Made by a program: the position numbers and the translations under genes. Below are positions 12,091-25,199 of a DNA stretch of 64,000 nucleotides, piece by piece; positions within the stretch are counted from its first letter, which is position 1; each line of letters opens with the position of its first letter. The stretch is from assembly GCF_009914755.1 (NCBI RefSeq), contig NC_060942.1. The stretch is one strand, 5' to 3'. The notes below the pieces were generated by a model. It did no database searches. It had not been told where the DNA came from and saw only the letters and a list, made by a program, of their open reading frames with translations. This DNA is from the human T2T-CHM13v2.0 reference genome, Homo sapiens.

Positions 12091-14100
12091 GGTGTAGGGG
12101 AAAATTTGTGGTTCAGTGGAAAACTATGGATTGTCTTGATGCTAGAGAAGTTTAGAGGTGCATGGAGGGGAACTCTGAGTTAGTAGATCTTTATTCTGCG
12201 AGGATTATTTCATAACCTTGCAAATTGTAGATAGTTGATAGCAATGTGAAATAATTCTTGTTTACCAACATGCAATTCTGTTGATAGAGGTTCAATGGAA
12301 TTATATCTTCTCCCTGTGGAAAAACCAGTTTTACCTCCATTTGGATATATCTTCCTACATTTTATTACACTATAAAAATTGGTTCCTTTTGTTTTTAACT
12401 TCTCTTTAGAACTACTTATGACATCCTTTTGATTCTCTCATTGCTTGAATTAAATAAAATACTCAACGTGTCCTCATTTTATATCTTTATATTTTACTTT
12501 ATAATAGCAATATATTGCTATAATCGTTGTAACAGCAATTTTCAAAAAATTGCTTTTCCCATAGACTATGTCCTCAAACTCAAAAACAGAAAACTTGTAG
12601 AACAAAACAAAGCAAAGCAAACATAAAAGTAAAAACGATATTATTTATAACCCTACCATCCACAGGAAAGCTGATAATAAATCAGGGTTCCATTGTATTT
12701 GAATGAATATAGATTTTTTTTGGTAAAATTGAACTTATTCTGCATATGTAACATGTTTTATTTTTACTTTGCAATATAATGGGTAATAAGCATTTAAAAA
12801 ATATCCACAAGCAGGTCTAGTTCATCTGAACAGCAGTTTGCTTTAGGAATCAGCTAAAATAATTATGAGCATTCTGACAGGCTAAAAAATTTAACTGTAA
12901 ACCACAAATGTGGTATAGGTGTCATGGCAGCAAAGGGGGACCTGGATATAGAATTAAAAGCATCTAACAGGACACAGTCAAGACAAGAAGTCTGTAGATA
13001 AGTGTGGTCTTAGAAAAGATACCAACAACAAAGCCAATACTCACCTAGGTGAACCGCAAAGATTGTTTTCTCTTTTGATTTTTAAAGAATTGTTGATTGT
13101 GTCCACCTGGAAGATGGGCTTACTTTCTTATTTTTCTTTTGGGATCAACCTTGACAAGTATAAACATGTGTTATATGTGCAATAGATTCATGTGCATAGG
13201 CACAGTTTAGGAGTTTCAGCGTGTACTATATTGCAAGTTTTATTGTCATTCAAAATCGGACATCTTGCTTCCAATTTGATACCCACTTGCTATAATGTCT
13301 GCTCTGGTAACTACCAATGCAGCAGGGTCCCAGCTGGGAGGGTCTAAATCTGCAGCCATGGGTCAGAGCTGTTTTTTCAGTATTCCCAGCTTTCTTTCTA
13401 GACACCAAGCATAAGCCATTCTGGGACAGCGCCCATGGTTTATCCAACTCATGAGATAATCCAACAGTACCTGTTTAATTTAAGGGCATGATTAGGTCCA
13501 AATCTTTGACTTTCTTAGAAAACTAATGTGGATATGTTATTCAAATTGATCTGCACCATTGTTGAAGTTGTTTTGAGCTTTTATTACCTCTTGGAGTCAT
13601 TGGTCTACATAGTTTACTTAATATCCAAAGTAATATCACTTTCTATTTTCCCAGCCATTCTTTCAGATTCAACAAATAGTTTGATGCTCCAGTTTTTTGA
13701 ATTTAGAGAGTAATCTAAGTTTACTTATCCATTTCTTTTATAGCTTAAAAAATTACATAGTATCCTCTTTTAATCCCTATCTTTTATTATCACTCTTTTC
13801 TTTGTGTTAGTGAATTGCTAAGATGCAGATATCTTGAGATTCTGTGCTCCTAGATGGCAGAGGTCATGACAATAATCTGTAATCTTCTGTAAAACTTACA
13901 CTGACTGCATATAATAGGTGCACAGTAAAGTCTTGTTGATCCATTCAATAACAAATATTGCAAATCTATCTTCCTCTTTCCTCAAATTTTTAATCCATTT
14001 TCACAGGGTTGTTTCTTTTTTAAAGCATATGTATCTAAATTTTGCCACAGACCACTGTCTGGTTGTCCCTGAGGAGTTCACCTCATCTTCATTCCAGTCA

Positions 14101-14396
14101 TTTTTTTTTTCTAAGATGGAGTCCTGCTGTCACCCAGGCTGGAATGTAGTGGTGTGACCTCGGCTCACCGCAACCTCCGCCTCCCAAGTTCAAGTGACTC
14201 TCCCCACTCAGCCTCCCCAGCAGCTGGGATCACAGGTGTATGCCACCATGCCTGGCTGATTTTTGTATTTTGAGTAAAGATGGGGTTTCACCATGTTGTC
14301 CAGGCTGGTCTCTCTCGAACTCCTGACCTCAAGTGATCTGCCCACCTCAGCCTCCCAAAATGCTGGGATTACAGGAGTGAGCCACTGGGCCCAGCC
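14101..14396 (-). mobile_element. Full-length AluS (Sz/Sx-like)
   Basis: T tail at 14101 and both Alu arms in antisense; ctcaagtgatc is Sz-like. TSD ccagtcatt at 14094-14102 and 14397-14405. Confidence 0.97.
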
Positions 14397-16964
14397 CCAG
14401 TCATTCTTTATACACGTTGCAGTAGGGCAGTGGGCGAGGCCACCAGAACCCACTTCAGGCCTTCCCTGTCTGTGCCCAGGCAGAGAGAACCGGGATGCTT
14501 CGTTGTCCTGGGTGCCCCCGACAAGTCACTCCTCCCGCAGACTACAAAAGGTAGGGTTTGGCATAGTGCAAAACAAAGCATGCTTCGTTCCTTGTTTCTT
14601 TGCCTTTAATCCTGCCTTGCAAAATCCTAAAAAGCCTTGACAAACAACAAAATTATTGGGAATTCTCCTAGTAAATCTGCAGAAGATTGTTCAATAGATG
14701 ATTTTCCAAAACAGGAAGTTTTCACTCGTCCTAGCCATGCACTTATTTGAAAAGGATTAGTTTATTTGGAAAGACAGAAGAAGAGAAAACATGCAAAGAA
14801 TTTAGATTCACTGTTTTTTTTTTTTATGTTAGAAAATGATGTGACTACATTTGCTAACTGGACATGAATGAGTGGAGGTCTAAGAATCCCAGGAGGAGAC
14901 ACATCAAGAAAACTTTGGTGTGATCTGTTGCTGTTGATAAACACACTTCCAGTTCTCTTCATTGGAATCACCTTTTTCCGGAGCCTTTGTTGGCTTCCGC
15001 ACATGAACACGCGGGTTTGGTACTATTGGGGGCCTCTTGCTTTCACTGGGAATTGGTGAGACGCAGATAGCAGTGGGTTCCAGCCCGGGTTTTGGCACCT
15101 GGACAGCCTCTGGGACCATCCGCCTCTCCTCCCAATGCGTGAGCATAGGTAGCCCTAGACAGTGTGCTTCCCAGGCCCTTGGAACATGGGGAACTCCGAC
15201 ACTCTGCCAACTCTTCTCATTAGTGCACTTTGCAGCTGTGGAACAATCATTTGGCCAAGATGATGCAGACAGAATATCAAACTGTTTCTTGGAGGGGCAA
15301 GGCCTGACATGGGGAGTAGCCCTGTCCAGCACAGCGTCAACAGGCTGTGCACCAGCGTCAGGCACATCAAATGCAGTCACCAAAATCCCCTGGGCTGGGC
15401 AAGAATGCTCATTTCTTTTACTGATGCCTGGGCTGAGAGGAAATGATTTCCATCCTGACTGGTCAATTTCTCCTTTAAGTATTTATGACCTTAAGACCAA
15501 ACATTATGCTCCAGGCATAGTATGTATATTTAACAGATATATTTTGAACATGTAATAGCACAATCCTAAATCTTCACGGGCCATCCAAGCTTTAGAACTC
15601 TGAAGATGCGGTTGGCACGTTGCATTCCGGAAAGTTATGGCAGATGCAGGCTCCTCATGGAACCCATTAACTCTAGTGCCCTGGATTCACCTGCTGTCTC
15701 CCAATTGCCTTTCAAAATTCAGCTCCAAATACCTTTCTCTTGTCTCTTTTCCTTCCAGTCACATAAGGAGGTCACTGATCCCCGCTCTTTCCTTTCCTTA
15801 TGGACTTCCAGAAAAAAGAAGGATGGGAGGCAACCCGGTCGTTTGGAAGACACACCCTCCCATCACATCTATCAGCGTCCTGCAGTCTGAGTGCTGAGCA
15901 CAGTCACCACTGAGAGCTGCTCTCCTCCTCTCTTCCTCTCTCTCTCAAGTTTTAAATTTCCCCAGCTAGTGTAAAACTTAATGAAAGCCCTGGAGTATAC
16001 AATAGCATTTTGAAAACAGGAATTTGTGACTGCTGTGAATCATCACTCACAGCAGGGACCCAGAAATGTGAATTGTGGGAGGAACACACGAGCCCCTCTC
16101 TTTTTTACTGGGAATTTATTACAGGCGGGTCATTATTTACAATGCACCATTCACATCCTCTAAAGAGCCAATAAACTGGCTGCTGAATATGCATTTTGCT
16201 CTGTGGTGAACACAGATGTTTCCAGCTAATATCCATTTCATTTAATTTCTTTTCTCCTTCTTTTTTTTTTAAATTCTATCTTGCTATTTCTGTAGCAGCT
16301 GGGTAACTATTTGCCCGTCTTCAGTTTGGGAATCACTCCTCATATTTATTATCATTGGTGCCATTCACGTTGCTATACTTAAGAGTCTGTCAGCATTTCC
16401 ATTAAAAGCTACTGTTTCTGTGAGTTCAAAACCAGGCTGGTAAAGGTTTCTGCGGGTTAAATGTTGGGCAGATGAGGTCCCAGCTTGGGATCACATCACT
16501 TTAACAGAGGGTAGGAATAAAACCAGTTAGGGTGTTTTAGTGTTATGAGTTTACAAGCTGAAAAAAGGAGATGGAAACATTGATTTCAAAAGCTGTTTTG
16601 CATTTCTGTAAATGAAATACTGTCCTTTGCAACTTAACTTTTTTTAACCATTAATCTTTGAATTTTTCTAATGTTTGCTGGAGAGAGGAAAATTAGCAGT
16701 GATCATTTAATGATTCACCTTAGAAGCAGATTTTACATTATTTAAACTTCGGTTGACAATGATCCTGCTCAGTGGTCTCCATCGTTTTTGCCATAACATG
16801 ATGTAATAGCATACACATCATAACTCAATATGGTCTTCAATCTTGTGCCTTCAATATAGTAGACAGTCAACGTACAGTGAGCCAAGTGAACTCACTCATG
16901 ATTGTACTGTCTATAGTATACAGCTTAGCACATATCATTCTATCACATATATAATTCTATTTTG

Positions 16965-17105
16965 CATATATATGATATATGTATGTGTGTATATATACAC
17001 GTACATATATTTATGTATATATGTACATATATGTGTGTATATATGTACATGTATATATATATATGTGTGTGTGCATGTGTATGTATATGTAAATATATAT
17101 ACATA
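16965..17105. repeat. Degenerate (TA)n/(TG)n microsatellite
   Basis: Alternating purine-pyrimidine run read directly. Confidence 0.9.
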
Positions 17106-17199
17106 AAACGCTACTATCCCATACATGCAGTAGTATTTTTCCAGCTGACCTGAAACCTCTTCCTGGTAAATACTGCAAAACAGCAAACAAACTAACAAG

Positions 17200-17295
17200 T
17201 TGTTAAGCACTTGTTAGGTGCCATCTGAGTCTGTTTTGTGTTTTCATGAGTATTTTCTCATTTAATCCTCACAACAACATGGTGTGATAAGTAAG
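17200..17295 (-). mobile_element. MIR fragment
   Basis: taagcacttgttaggtgcca...tattttctcatttaatcctcacaacaac is antisense MIR. Confidence 0.7.
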
Positions 17296-19058
17296 ATGAC
17301 AGCACTCTGCTACCTGTTATAGAGACTACCTTCCGCCAGGCTGAGTAGAGATGTTTTGTAAATGTTTTGAATTATTATTTCAAAAGTTATTTGCAGGTTA
17401 TATGAAGCTATCTCAATTACAAAAAGCAAGGACTAGCAACAAAATTAATGTTATGAAAAATCCTTGTTTCTGACTTAAGAAGATATTTCCCTTATTTCTG
17501 AAGTTTTCTTTTCTCAGAACATGGCTTAGAGCAAGGGGTAGTGTAGAGAATTCAGCCAAAATGAAATACACATCCAAGAATGAAGACATTCTTCATTGGC
17601 TGTTGGAAAAAATTTTAGAAAACCAACTCATCTTGCTGGAGGTGAATTAGTTAAGGAAAATATAGATTTCTGTTTTCACATAGTTTCCATACTTTATTAC
17701 CATTTCATTTCCTAACGCAAACACCACTTAAGTTTGTCAGTTTTGGCATGAACTCCCTATGAGTTCTAAGGTCATCTCTATATGAGTTTGGTCATATTGT
17801 ATGAGTTCTGGGATTATTAATGAAGTATTAACAGAGGATTAATGGAGAATGGTCACGCTAAATACTTACCGAATAGGAAGAGTATATTGTGCAAATTTAG
17901 ATGTTCAAATTATTCTGGACTTAAGATCATTTTAGCATGCATTTTCATAGAAAATTGAAATAGCTCTTTTAGCTTGATTAAAAACGGTCAAGCTTATATT
18001 TTAAAAACATTTAATTTATAACTTTCACTGATACTCATTAACCTTGAAAAAGGCTTTCAGATTGAATTATATTTGTGGAAGGTCCTCAAGTGTATGTTTC
18101 TGTGATAATCAGGGCTTTTAAAATCTCTCTTCCATTTGAGCGATGGCCTCTAACTTCTGTCTTTGTGTCTCAGATGTTCTTTTGAGCAGAAATAGTCTTT
18201 TGTCTACACTGTCTCAAATGTCCTCCTCACCTCAGGAAAATTTCTCATACTCTGTCTTTGCTAAGTGAACATCAGAAGTAAATGAAAAAAAAATTCACTC
18301 TTATGCCAAAAATAAAGTTAACATAACTTTAATGAGGTGGCTTAAACCTCTAAGTCCCAGGCCATTCATTGACACAAAACTGAGACTTCATTCTTCACCA
18401 CCAGTATGTGCACGGATATGTCCCAGGATGGAGTTCTCTCAGCTGATGGTAACTTCACTTCTGGAAGGAAACTTGATATTGCAAGGTGAGACCTGGGAGA
18501 TCCTCTTTCTTCCCCACCCTTTCTCCAGTTCTTTGAACTTCCTTCCTTGCCACTCTTCTTCCTCTTTCCTGGATCTGTCTTTTATTTTCTTGTGTTCCTG
18601 TTTCTTGTGAACCTGTTGTGTTCAATTTGTTAAGAAGAGAAAATATGTATTTTGTGACTGTATTAACTTGTAGATTAAGTGTTAAATGACAGTTTTTCTT
18701 TTTTTTATTCCTTTACACCTTAAGCTGATTGGCTTTTAAATTTTTTCACTCTATAAGCCAATAATTAAATCTTAGACTGAATGGCAATAACAATAATGTT
18801 TGTTTTAAGAATATTATACTTACGTAAAAACTCAGTAGATGCTAATCAATGGTTCTATTTTAGTCTACCATGTAAATAATAAAGAATTTCAAACTATTTT
18901 CTCTAAGTTATCTTCTGGCAAAACAGAATGGCTCATCTGATTTATATAGTGTAAACAATCACTGTAACAAAAACAGAGTTTACTAGTTCCTTTAATTGTT
19001 CTATTGTTTGGTGAAATTGATTTCAGTAACAGGACTATTTTTTTAAAACCCTGGGTTC

Positions 19059-19368
19059 AGCTGGGCTTGGTGGTTCACACTTGTAATCCCAGCATTTTGG
19101 GAGGCCGAGGCAGGCAGATCACCTGAGCTCAGGAGTTCGAGACCAGCCTGACCAACATGGGGAAACCCCGTCTCTACTAAAAATACAAAAAAAAAAAAAA
19201 AAAAAATTAGCTGGGCGTGGTGGTGGGCACCTGTAATCCCAGCTAATCTGGAGCCTGAGGCAGAAGAATCGCTTGAACCTGGAGGCAGAGGTTGCAGTGA
19301 GCCAAGATTGTGCCATTGTACCCCAACCTGGGTTACAAGAGTGAAACTCCATCTCAAAACAAAATAAA
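19059..19368 (+). mobile_element. Full-length AluSp/Sq with an expanded middle A linker
   Basis: cctgaccaacatgg and gccattg...acaagagtgaaactcc are Sp/Sq-type diagnostics. The linker is about 21 A. Perfect TSD aaaaccctgggttca at 19045-19059 and 19369-19383. Confidence 0.97.
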
Positions 19369-19513
19369 AAAACCCTGGGTTCATAGAAGCATAATGCAAT
19401 ATCACAGTGGCTGGGGTTGGAATGGGGACCAGGTTGGAATGGGGATCGTTGCCAACTCTGCATGTTCCATTGTGCGCCAACATCATGTCTTCCATTGTGC
19501 TGCTGAAGTTCTA

Positions 19514-19548
19514 CAAAAAACAAACAAACAAACAAACAAACAAAAAAC
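19514..19548. repeat. (AAAC)n microsatellite
   Basis: caaacaaacaaacaaacaaacaaaa read directly. Confidence 0.85.
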
Positions 19549-19589
19549 AGAAGAGACAAAACCCTACTACACCAAAATCTGATCAAGTC

Positions 19590-19765
19590 AGTGGAATATT
19601 ATCCAGCCCTAAAAATGAAGAAAATCCTGACACTTGTTCAATGTGAATGAATCCTGAGGACATCATGCTATGTGAAATAAGCCAGTCACAAATGGAAACA
19701 CACTGTCTGATTCCATTTATATGAGGTACCTAGAGTAGTCCAGGTTACAGAGACAGAAAGTAGAA
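19590..19765 (+). mobile_element. L1MB-type fragment (ORF2 end and start of 3' UTR)
   Basis: gtggaatattatccagcc...gtgaaataagccagtcaca...tgaggtacctagagtagtc...agagacagaaagtagaa. Confidence 0.8.
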
Positions 19766-19766
19766 G

Positions 19767-21925
19767 AACAGGAAGCCAGCAAGCCTATAAAAGAACTCAA
19801 GAACACCACTAACCAACAAGACCTAATTTATATTTATGAAATAATTCACCCCAAACCAGAGGAGCACACGTTCTTTTCCAAGGCCCTTAGAACATACAGC
19901 AAGATGGGCCATGAAAATCCAAAGCAAATTTAAAATAATTACAATCATATGCAGTGAGTTCAACAAGGTTTCAGGATACAAGATCAACAGACAAAGATCA
20001 ACTGTGTTTATGTATACTAGCAATACATACTTGAAAAGCAAAATTAAAAATATAATTCCTTTTACAGTTTCTTAATATGAATGAAATAGTCATAAATGTA
20101 AAAAAAATTAACACAAGCTTTTATTCTGAAAACTACACAACATTGATAAAAAAAAAAAACCAAAGAAGATCTAGATAGAGAGAGATACTGTGTTCATGGA
20201 TTAGAAGACAACATAGTAAAGACTTCAATTTATCTATTGACTAAATTGATGTATAGGCTTCATAAAATTTACATTAAAAACCAAGCAAGATTTTTTTTTG
20301 TAGAGACAAGATTATTCTGAAATTTGTTTGGAAAGGCAAAGTAACTAGAATAGCAAAAACAATGTTGAATACAAAGAATACATTTCAAAGGGTCACTCTA
20401 CCTGAATTCAATACTTCTTAAATAGTGATAGTAACCTAAACTATGCAGTGCTGATGGAAGGATGGACACATAGATAAGGGAACAGAACAGAGAAAAGGAA
20501 ATACCCCTAAGCATATGCCCAGGTAATTTTTGACTAAGATGTAAAAGCAGTTCAGTGGAGGAATCATTTTGGACAAATGTTACTGGAACAATTGGATTTC
20601 CATAGGCAAAAAGTAAACTTCAGCCTGAGCCTCACACTTTATGCAAAAATTAACTCAAAATAGAGCAAAGATTTAAATGTAAAAATAAAACTAAAATTTT
20701 TAGAAAGACACAATTCAAAATCTTCAAGATTAAGACTTGATGCAGAATTCTTAAACAAGACACCAAAAGCACAATCCATAAAGGGAAAAAATCTGTAAAT
20801 TGGACTTCATCAAGATCAGAAAGGTTTGCTCTGCAAAAGACACTGTTAGGAGGATCAAAAGACAAGCTACAGACAGGGAAAAAATATTTGCAAATCACAT
20901 GTCTGAGAAAGGACTCACATCTAGAATATGTAAAGGGCTCTCAGAACCCAACAGTAAAAATCAAACAATCCAATTAGAAAACGTGCAAAAGACATGAAGA
21001 GACATTTACTAAATAGAGTGTACATGGGGCAAAAAAGCACTTGAAAAGATTTCCGGCATCATTAGCTATTAAAGAAATGCAAATTAAGGCCACAATAGAA
21101 ATCACTACATACGTATTACAACAAGTGAAATAAAACAGAATGGCAACACCAAATGCGGTCAAGGATGCAAAGAAACTAGATTTCTCACATATTGCTGTGC
21201 AATGTCAAGTGGTACAGCCACTCTGGAAAGGAGTTCGACAGTTTCTTAAGAAACTAAACGTATGCTTATTATATTTCCTAGCAATCGTACTCCTGGGCGG
21301 TTATCTCAGAGAAAAGATATCTTATGTCTACACAAAAATCTGCAATGGTTGTTTATAGCAACTTTGTTTGCAACAGCTAAAAACACTAAAATTTCCGACA
21401 ATAGGTGCATGATTAAACAAACTATGGTACGTCCATACCAGAGAATAATACAACAATAAGGAAAAATAAACTACTGACATGTGCAACAACTTGCATGGAT
21501 GGCAAAGGAATTAGGGCGAGTAAAACAAGCCAATCTCAGAAGGTCACATACTATAAGATTTATAGAGCATTCTCGAAATGATCAAATTAAAGAGGTGGAG
21601 ATGAGATCAGTAATTTTCAGGGTTGAGAGTTGGTGGGGGCTGGATGGCTTGACTTTAAAGGGGAAGCACAAAGGATGTCTTTGTGATGATGGAGCAGTTA
21701 CGAATCTTGTCTGCGGTGGTGGTTACAGAAATCTACACATACCACCAATGACACAAAACTATTTGCACACCATGTCTGTACCAGTTTCCTGGCTTTGATA
21801 TTGTAGGGTAGCTACATAAGATGTAGCCAACAGGGGGAACTGGGCAGAGGATTCATAGGATCTTTCTGTACTATTTTTGCAACTTCCTGCAAATGTATAG
21901 TTTTTCAAAATAAAAAGGTTAAAAA
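19767..21925 (+). mobile_element. L1MC/L1MD-class element: endonuclease fragment joined to distal ORF2 and a complete 3' UTR
   Basis: ORF 20800-20997 (DFIKIRKVCSAKDTVRRIKRQATDREKIFANH) is L1 ORF2-like. The 3' end reads tttcctggctttgatattgt...ctgtactatttttgcaacttcctg...ttcaaaataaaaagg. Confidence 0.88.
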
Positions 21926-21929
21926 GAAA

Positions 21930-22470
21930 CAAAAGTCAACATTATACTTAGTGGTGACATGCTGCAAAAAATCTCATTAGAATCAGGAATAAGGCAATTT
22001 TATTTGTTATCAACATCATCCTTCTAATTAATGCTGGAAGTCTGGCCAGTGTAGGGGAAGGAAGAATTATTATTAGAAAGAGACCTAATAATTCTTTGAC
22101 ATTTCTACAACTGTATACTTGTAATACCAAATGAATCTAAAAAAGTTAAATTAAGCAAAGTGATAGAAAGTTAAATAAATATAAAAATATTTTTCTCTAC
22201 ATTGTAATAATAGGCTGGAAATATTTATGGCAAAAATTACATTAATCAAAAGAAAGTGAGTGGTCTCACCTGAAGAAAAGACTTAGCTAATAAAAATGAA
22301 GAATGTGACTCTAGTAACATAAAGACAGTTTAAGAAATAAGAATGCATATTATTTTTCTTGATACTAAATTATTAGTGTAAATATAAGTCTTCCTCAAAT
22401 TTTAGTGGAATAGTGATTTTGGAAAATTCAATGAATGATCCTAAAATAATCTGAAAAAATAAATAGTGAA
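21930..22470 (+). mobile_element. Very old L1M ORF2 fragment
   Basis: aacattatacttagtggtga...agaatcaggaataaggcaa...ctggaagtctggccagtg resembles degraded ORF2. Confidence 0.55.
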
Positions 22471-22475
22471 AATGC

Positions 22476-22942
22476 CTTTTGAAGGTTTTATTGAGGTCTA
22501 ATTTACGTGCCATAAAACTCTCTCATTTTAAGCGTGCAATACAATGATTTTTAGTAAATTTACAAAATTGTGCAACCATCACCATGATCTAGCTTTAGAA
22601 TGTCTCCATCACAGCAAGTAAAAGTGTCATCCCCATATTCAGTCACTGTCTGATACCACCCCAGCCCTGGCAACTACTCATCTACTTTCTGTCTTTGTAG
22701 ATGTCCCTATTCAAAACGATTTGCATAAATGGAATCAGGCAACATGTGGCCTTTGTGTTTGGCTTCTTGTACTTAGCATACGATCTTAAGGGTTCATCCG
22801 TGTTGTAACGTGTGTGAAAACTTCATTCCTTTAGATTGCTGAATGATGCTCCATTCCGTAGATAGACTGCATCTTGTTTATTTATTCTACTTGAGTGGAC
22901 AACTGGGTTGTTTCCATTTTTGGCAATTATGTGAAATGGATG
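22476..22942 (-). mobile_element. L1MB7/8-like 3' end, antisense, nested in older L1
   Basis: ttttattgaggtctaattt...gtaaatttacaaaattgtgcaaccatcacc...ccagccctggcaactactcatctactttctgtct...ctgggttgtttccatttttggcaattat. Confidence 0.88.
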
Positions 22943-22984
22943 TTTTCATACAGGTGGGAGGGAGGAAACAGCCGTAGGAAGGTT

Positions 22985-23490
22985 TACTCTCTTTAGATCA
23001 AGAATATTATGCCTAAGAAAGTATCCTAAAGAAATGATCAGAAATGTGCTCAGAAATCGATGTACACAGGGAGTCATTGGAGCAAGTTTATGAGAGAAAA
23101 TTAAGAACCTTCTGAATACCCAAGAATAGAGAAATGGGAAAAGAAACTGTGATATACTCATTAAAAATGTTGTGTAGCTATTAAAAATTATGCTTTCAAA
23201 GACTACTTCATACTGTATTAGAATTCTCACAACATAACATTAAATAAAAACAACATACAGTAGTATATACAGTGTGATACCACCTTCATACAATAAAATT
23301 GTATTCATATTTACCTCGATTTTTCTTTTGGATCAACTATACTAAACATACAAATACATTTTCTAGAATACAACTATGGTTATTTCTTGGAGGAAGAACT
23401 GTGGATGGTTTCCACCTTCTTTATATTTTTCTGTATTTTCCAAATTTTGCACAAAAAAACACGTGTTGCCTTTATGATAGAAATAAAATA
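22985..23490 (+). mobile_element. L1ME-type 3' end
   Basis: tatcctaaagaaatgatcagaaatgtgc...ttttctgtattttccaaattttgcac resembles an L1ME 3' region. Confidence 0.6.
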
Positions 23491-23926
<436 letters not shown>

Positions 23927-24095
23927 CTAAACCCTGACACATAAAGAAAGGTTTAAAGCATGAATATAATGAAGGGGCCAGCTAAGCTGAATGAAAGGCT
24001 GACCAGAATGCTTAGGAACAAGAAGGTAGGAAGGAGGGACTGATCTCAGTGTGTCTGCGGGTTATACCTGGGGGTACTGTGTTATCCCTTGCGGG

Positions 24096-24117
24096 GTGTG
24101 TGTGTGTGTGTGTGTGT
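24096..24117. repeat. (GT)11 microsatellite
   Basis: Read directly. Confidence 0.9.
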
Positions 24118-24637
24118 TTATTTATGGCTGAGCCTTCCTTCTTTGCTGTTCCTTACACGCTTTCCTTCCTTGCGTCCCTCCCTGGTTTTACGCTATCCAT
24201 GTGGATGGAGATTCTTGCTGCTGGCCTGCGTTTCTTTGGAGTTTGTTTTCAAGGCCCTTCCCGCACACACTGGTGCCTCTCCTTTCTATCTGCCGGTGAC
24301 GTGAGCGTTGGAAACACACCAGGCACTGGTTTCCATGGGGAAGAGCTGACTTCCTCTATGGATCTTCGTTAGTTCGCAGAGGCTGGTGTTCTGCGCAATT
24401 CGAGTGCTGACCACACGCCATCAGAGTGAGCACCGGCTCAGTCCTTCCCTAAGCTGGTCATATTTAACAAGTCCAGAGCACATCGCTTAACCAGGTCCCC
24501 CAGCTTGCACATCATAGGAACCCCAATAATTTAAGAGGAGGGGTAGGAGAAGCATGCAGAGAGTGGGCTAAGATCGACACGGGCCCAGGTCTCCTAGCCC
24601 AGAAAGCAGCCAGTGGCCTCTCTGATTTTTTCTGCAG

Positions 24638-24810
24638 AAAACCAGGGTCTGGCCCTGAGAAGACTGCGGGTGACTGTCAGGGCAGGACACCATGATGTGG
24701 GATGAGCCCTGTACCATGTCCACTCTCTGAACAGAGGCTCCTGGCAGCCGAACCCACAGCGTCCTGCCTGTGTGCTGAGACTCCAGTATGTGGCCTGACC
24801 TTCAGCCAAG
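24638..24810 (+). ncRNA. Candidate non-coding exon (173 nt)
   Basis: Acceptor ctctctgattttttctgcag| and donor AAG|GTAGGG. Splice signals only. Confidence 0.25.
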
Positions 24811-25066
24811 GTAGGGGTGCATGACTCCCACTAAGGGCATCTTTGATTATTTTACGTAGCCACCAACCATGAGGCCGAGCAGAGTCAGAGCTTGATCTAG
24901 GAGCCGTGGAGGTGCGTGTGGGAGCTTGGGGGAATCTTCTAGAAAGGAAGTGAGGGAGAATTCCCCTGGGATTTGCTGCCCCTGAGGAAACCGGCCCTGC
25001 GGGACTCATCCCGGGAAGCCCACAGTGTCTCCCCTCCGCCTCCCTCACTCCTTTTTCCATCTTTAG

Positions 25067-25199
25067 GGCCTGTGCCACGCAGGCGTTGACGTTAGGATGC
25101 AAAGTGTCTGATTGGAGGGTTTTCCTGTAGCTGCAGTAACAACGGAAATACATTCTGAAAAATCAGTTTTAATAAAGCCCAGACACTGACCCCAGGCAC
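25067..25199 (+). ncRNA. Candidate non-coding exon (133 nt)
   Basis: Branch-like ccctcac, a long pyrimidine tract, ttag| acceptor and CAC|GTAAGT donor. Stops occur in all three frames. Confidence 0.33.

Noticed and set aside
13424-13433. GGACAGCGCC, a REST/RE1 right half-site
   Set aside because: The left half TTCAGCACC is absent at canonical spacing. Similar near-matches at about 2170, 15095 and 38500 are also non-canonical.
14480-14550. Possible 71-nt plus-strand exon (cccag| ... AAG|GTAGGG)
   Set aside because: The pyrimidine tract is short with no clear branch point; this level of signal is common by chance.
14904-15555. 159-aa and 172-aa ORFs on opposite strands
   Set aside because: No domain similarity recognised and no exon structure; typical of GC-richer non-coding DNA.
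19043-19586. 150-155 aa ORFs, and similar ORFs at 14208-14640, 23582-23937 and 26217-26587
   Set aside because: Translations of Alu sequence.
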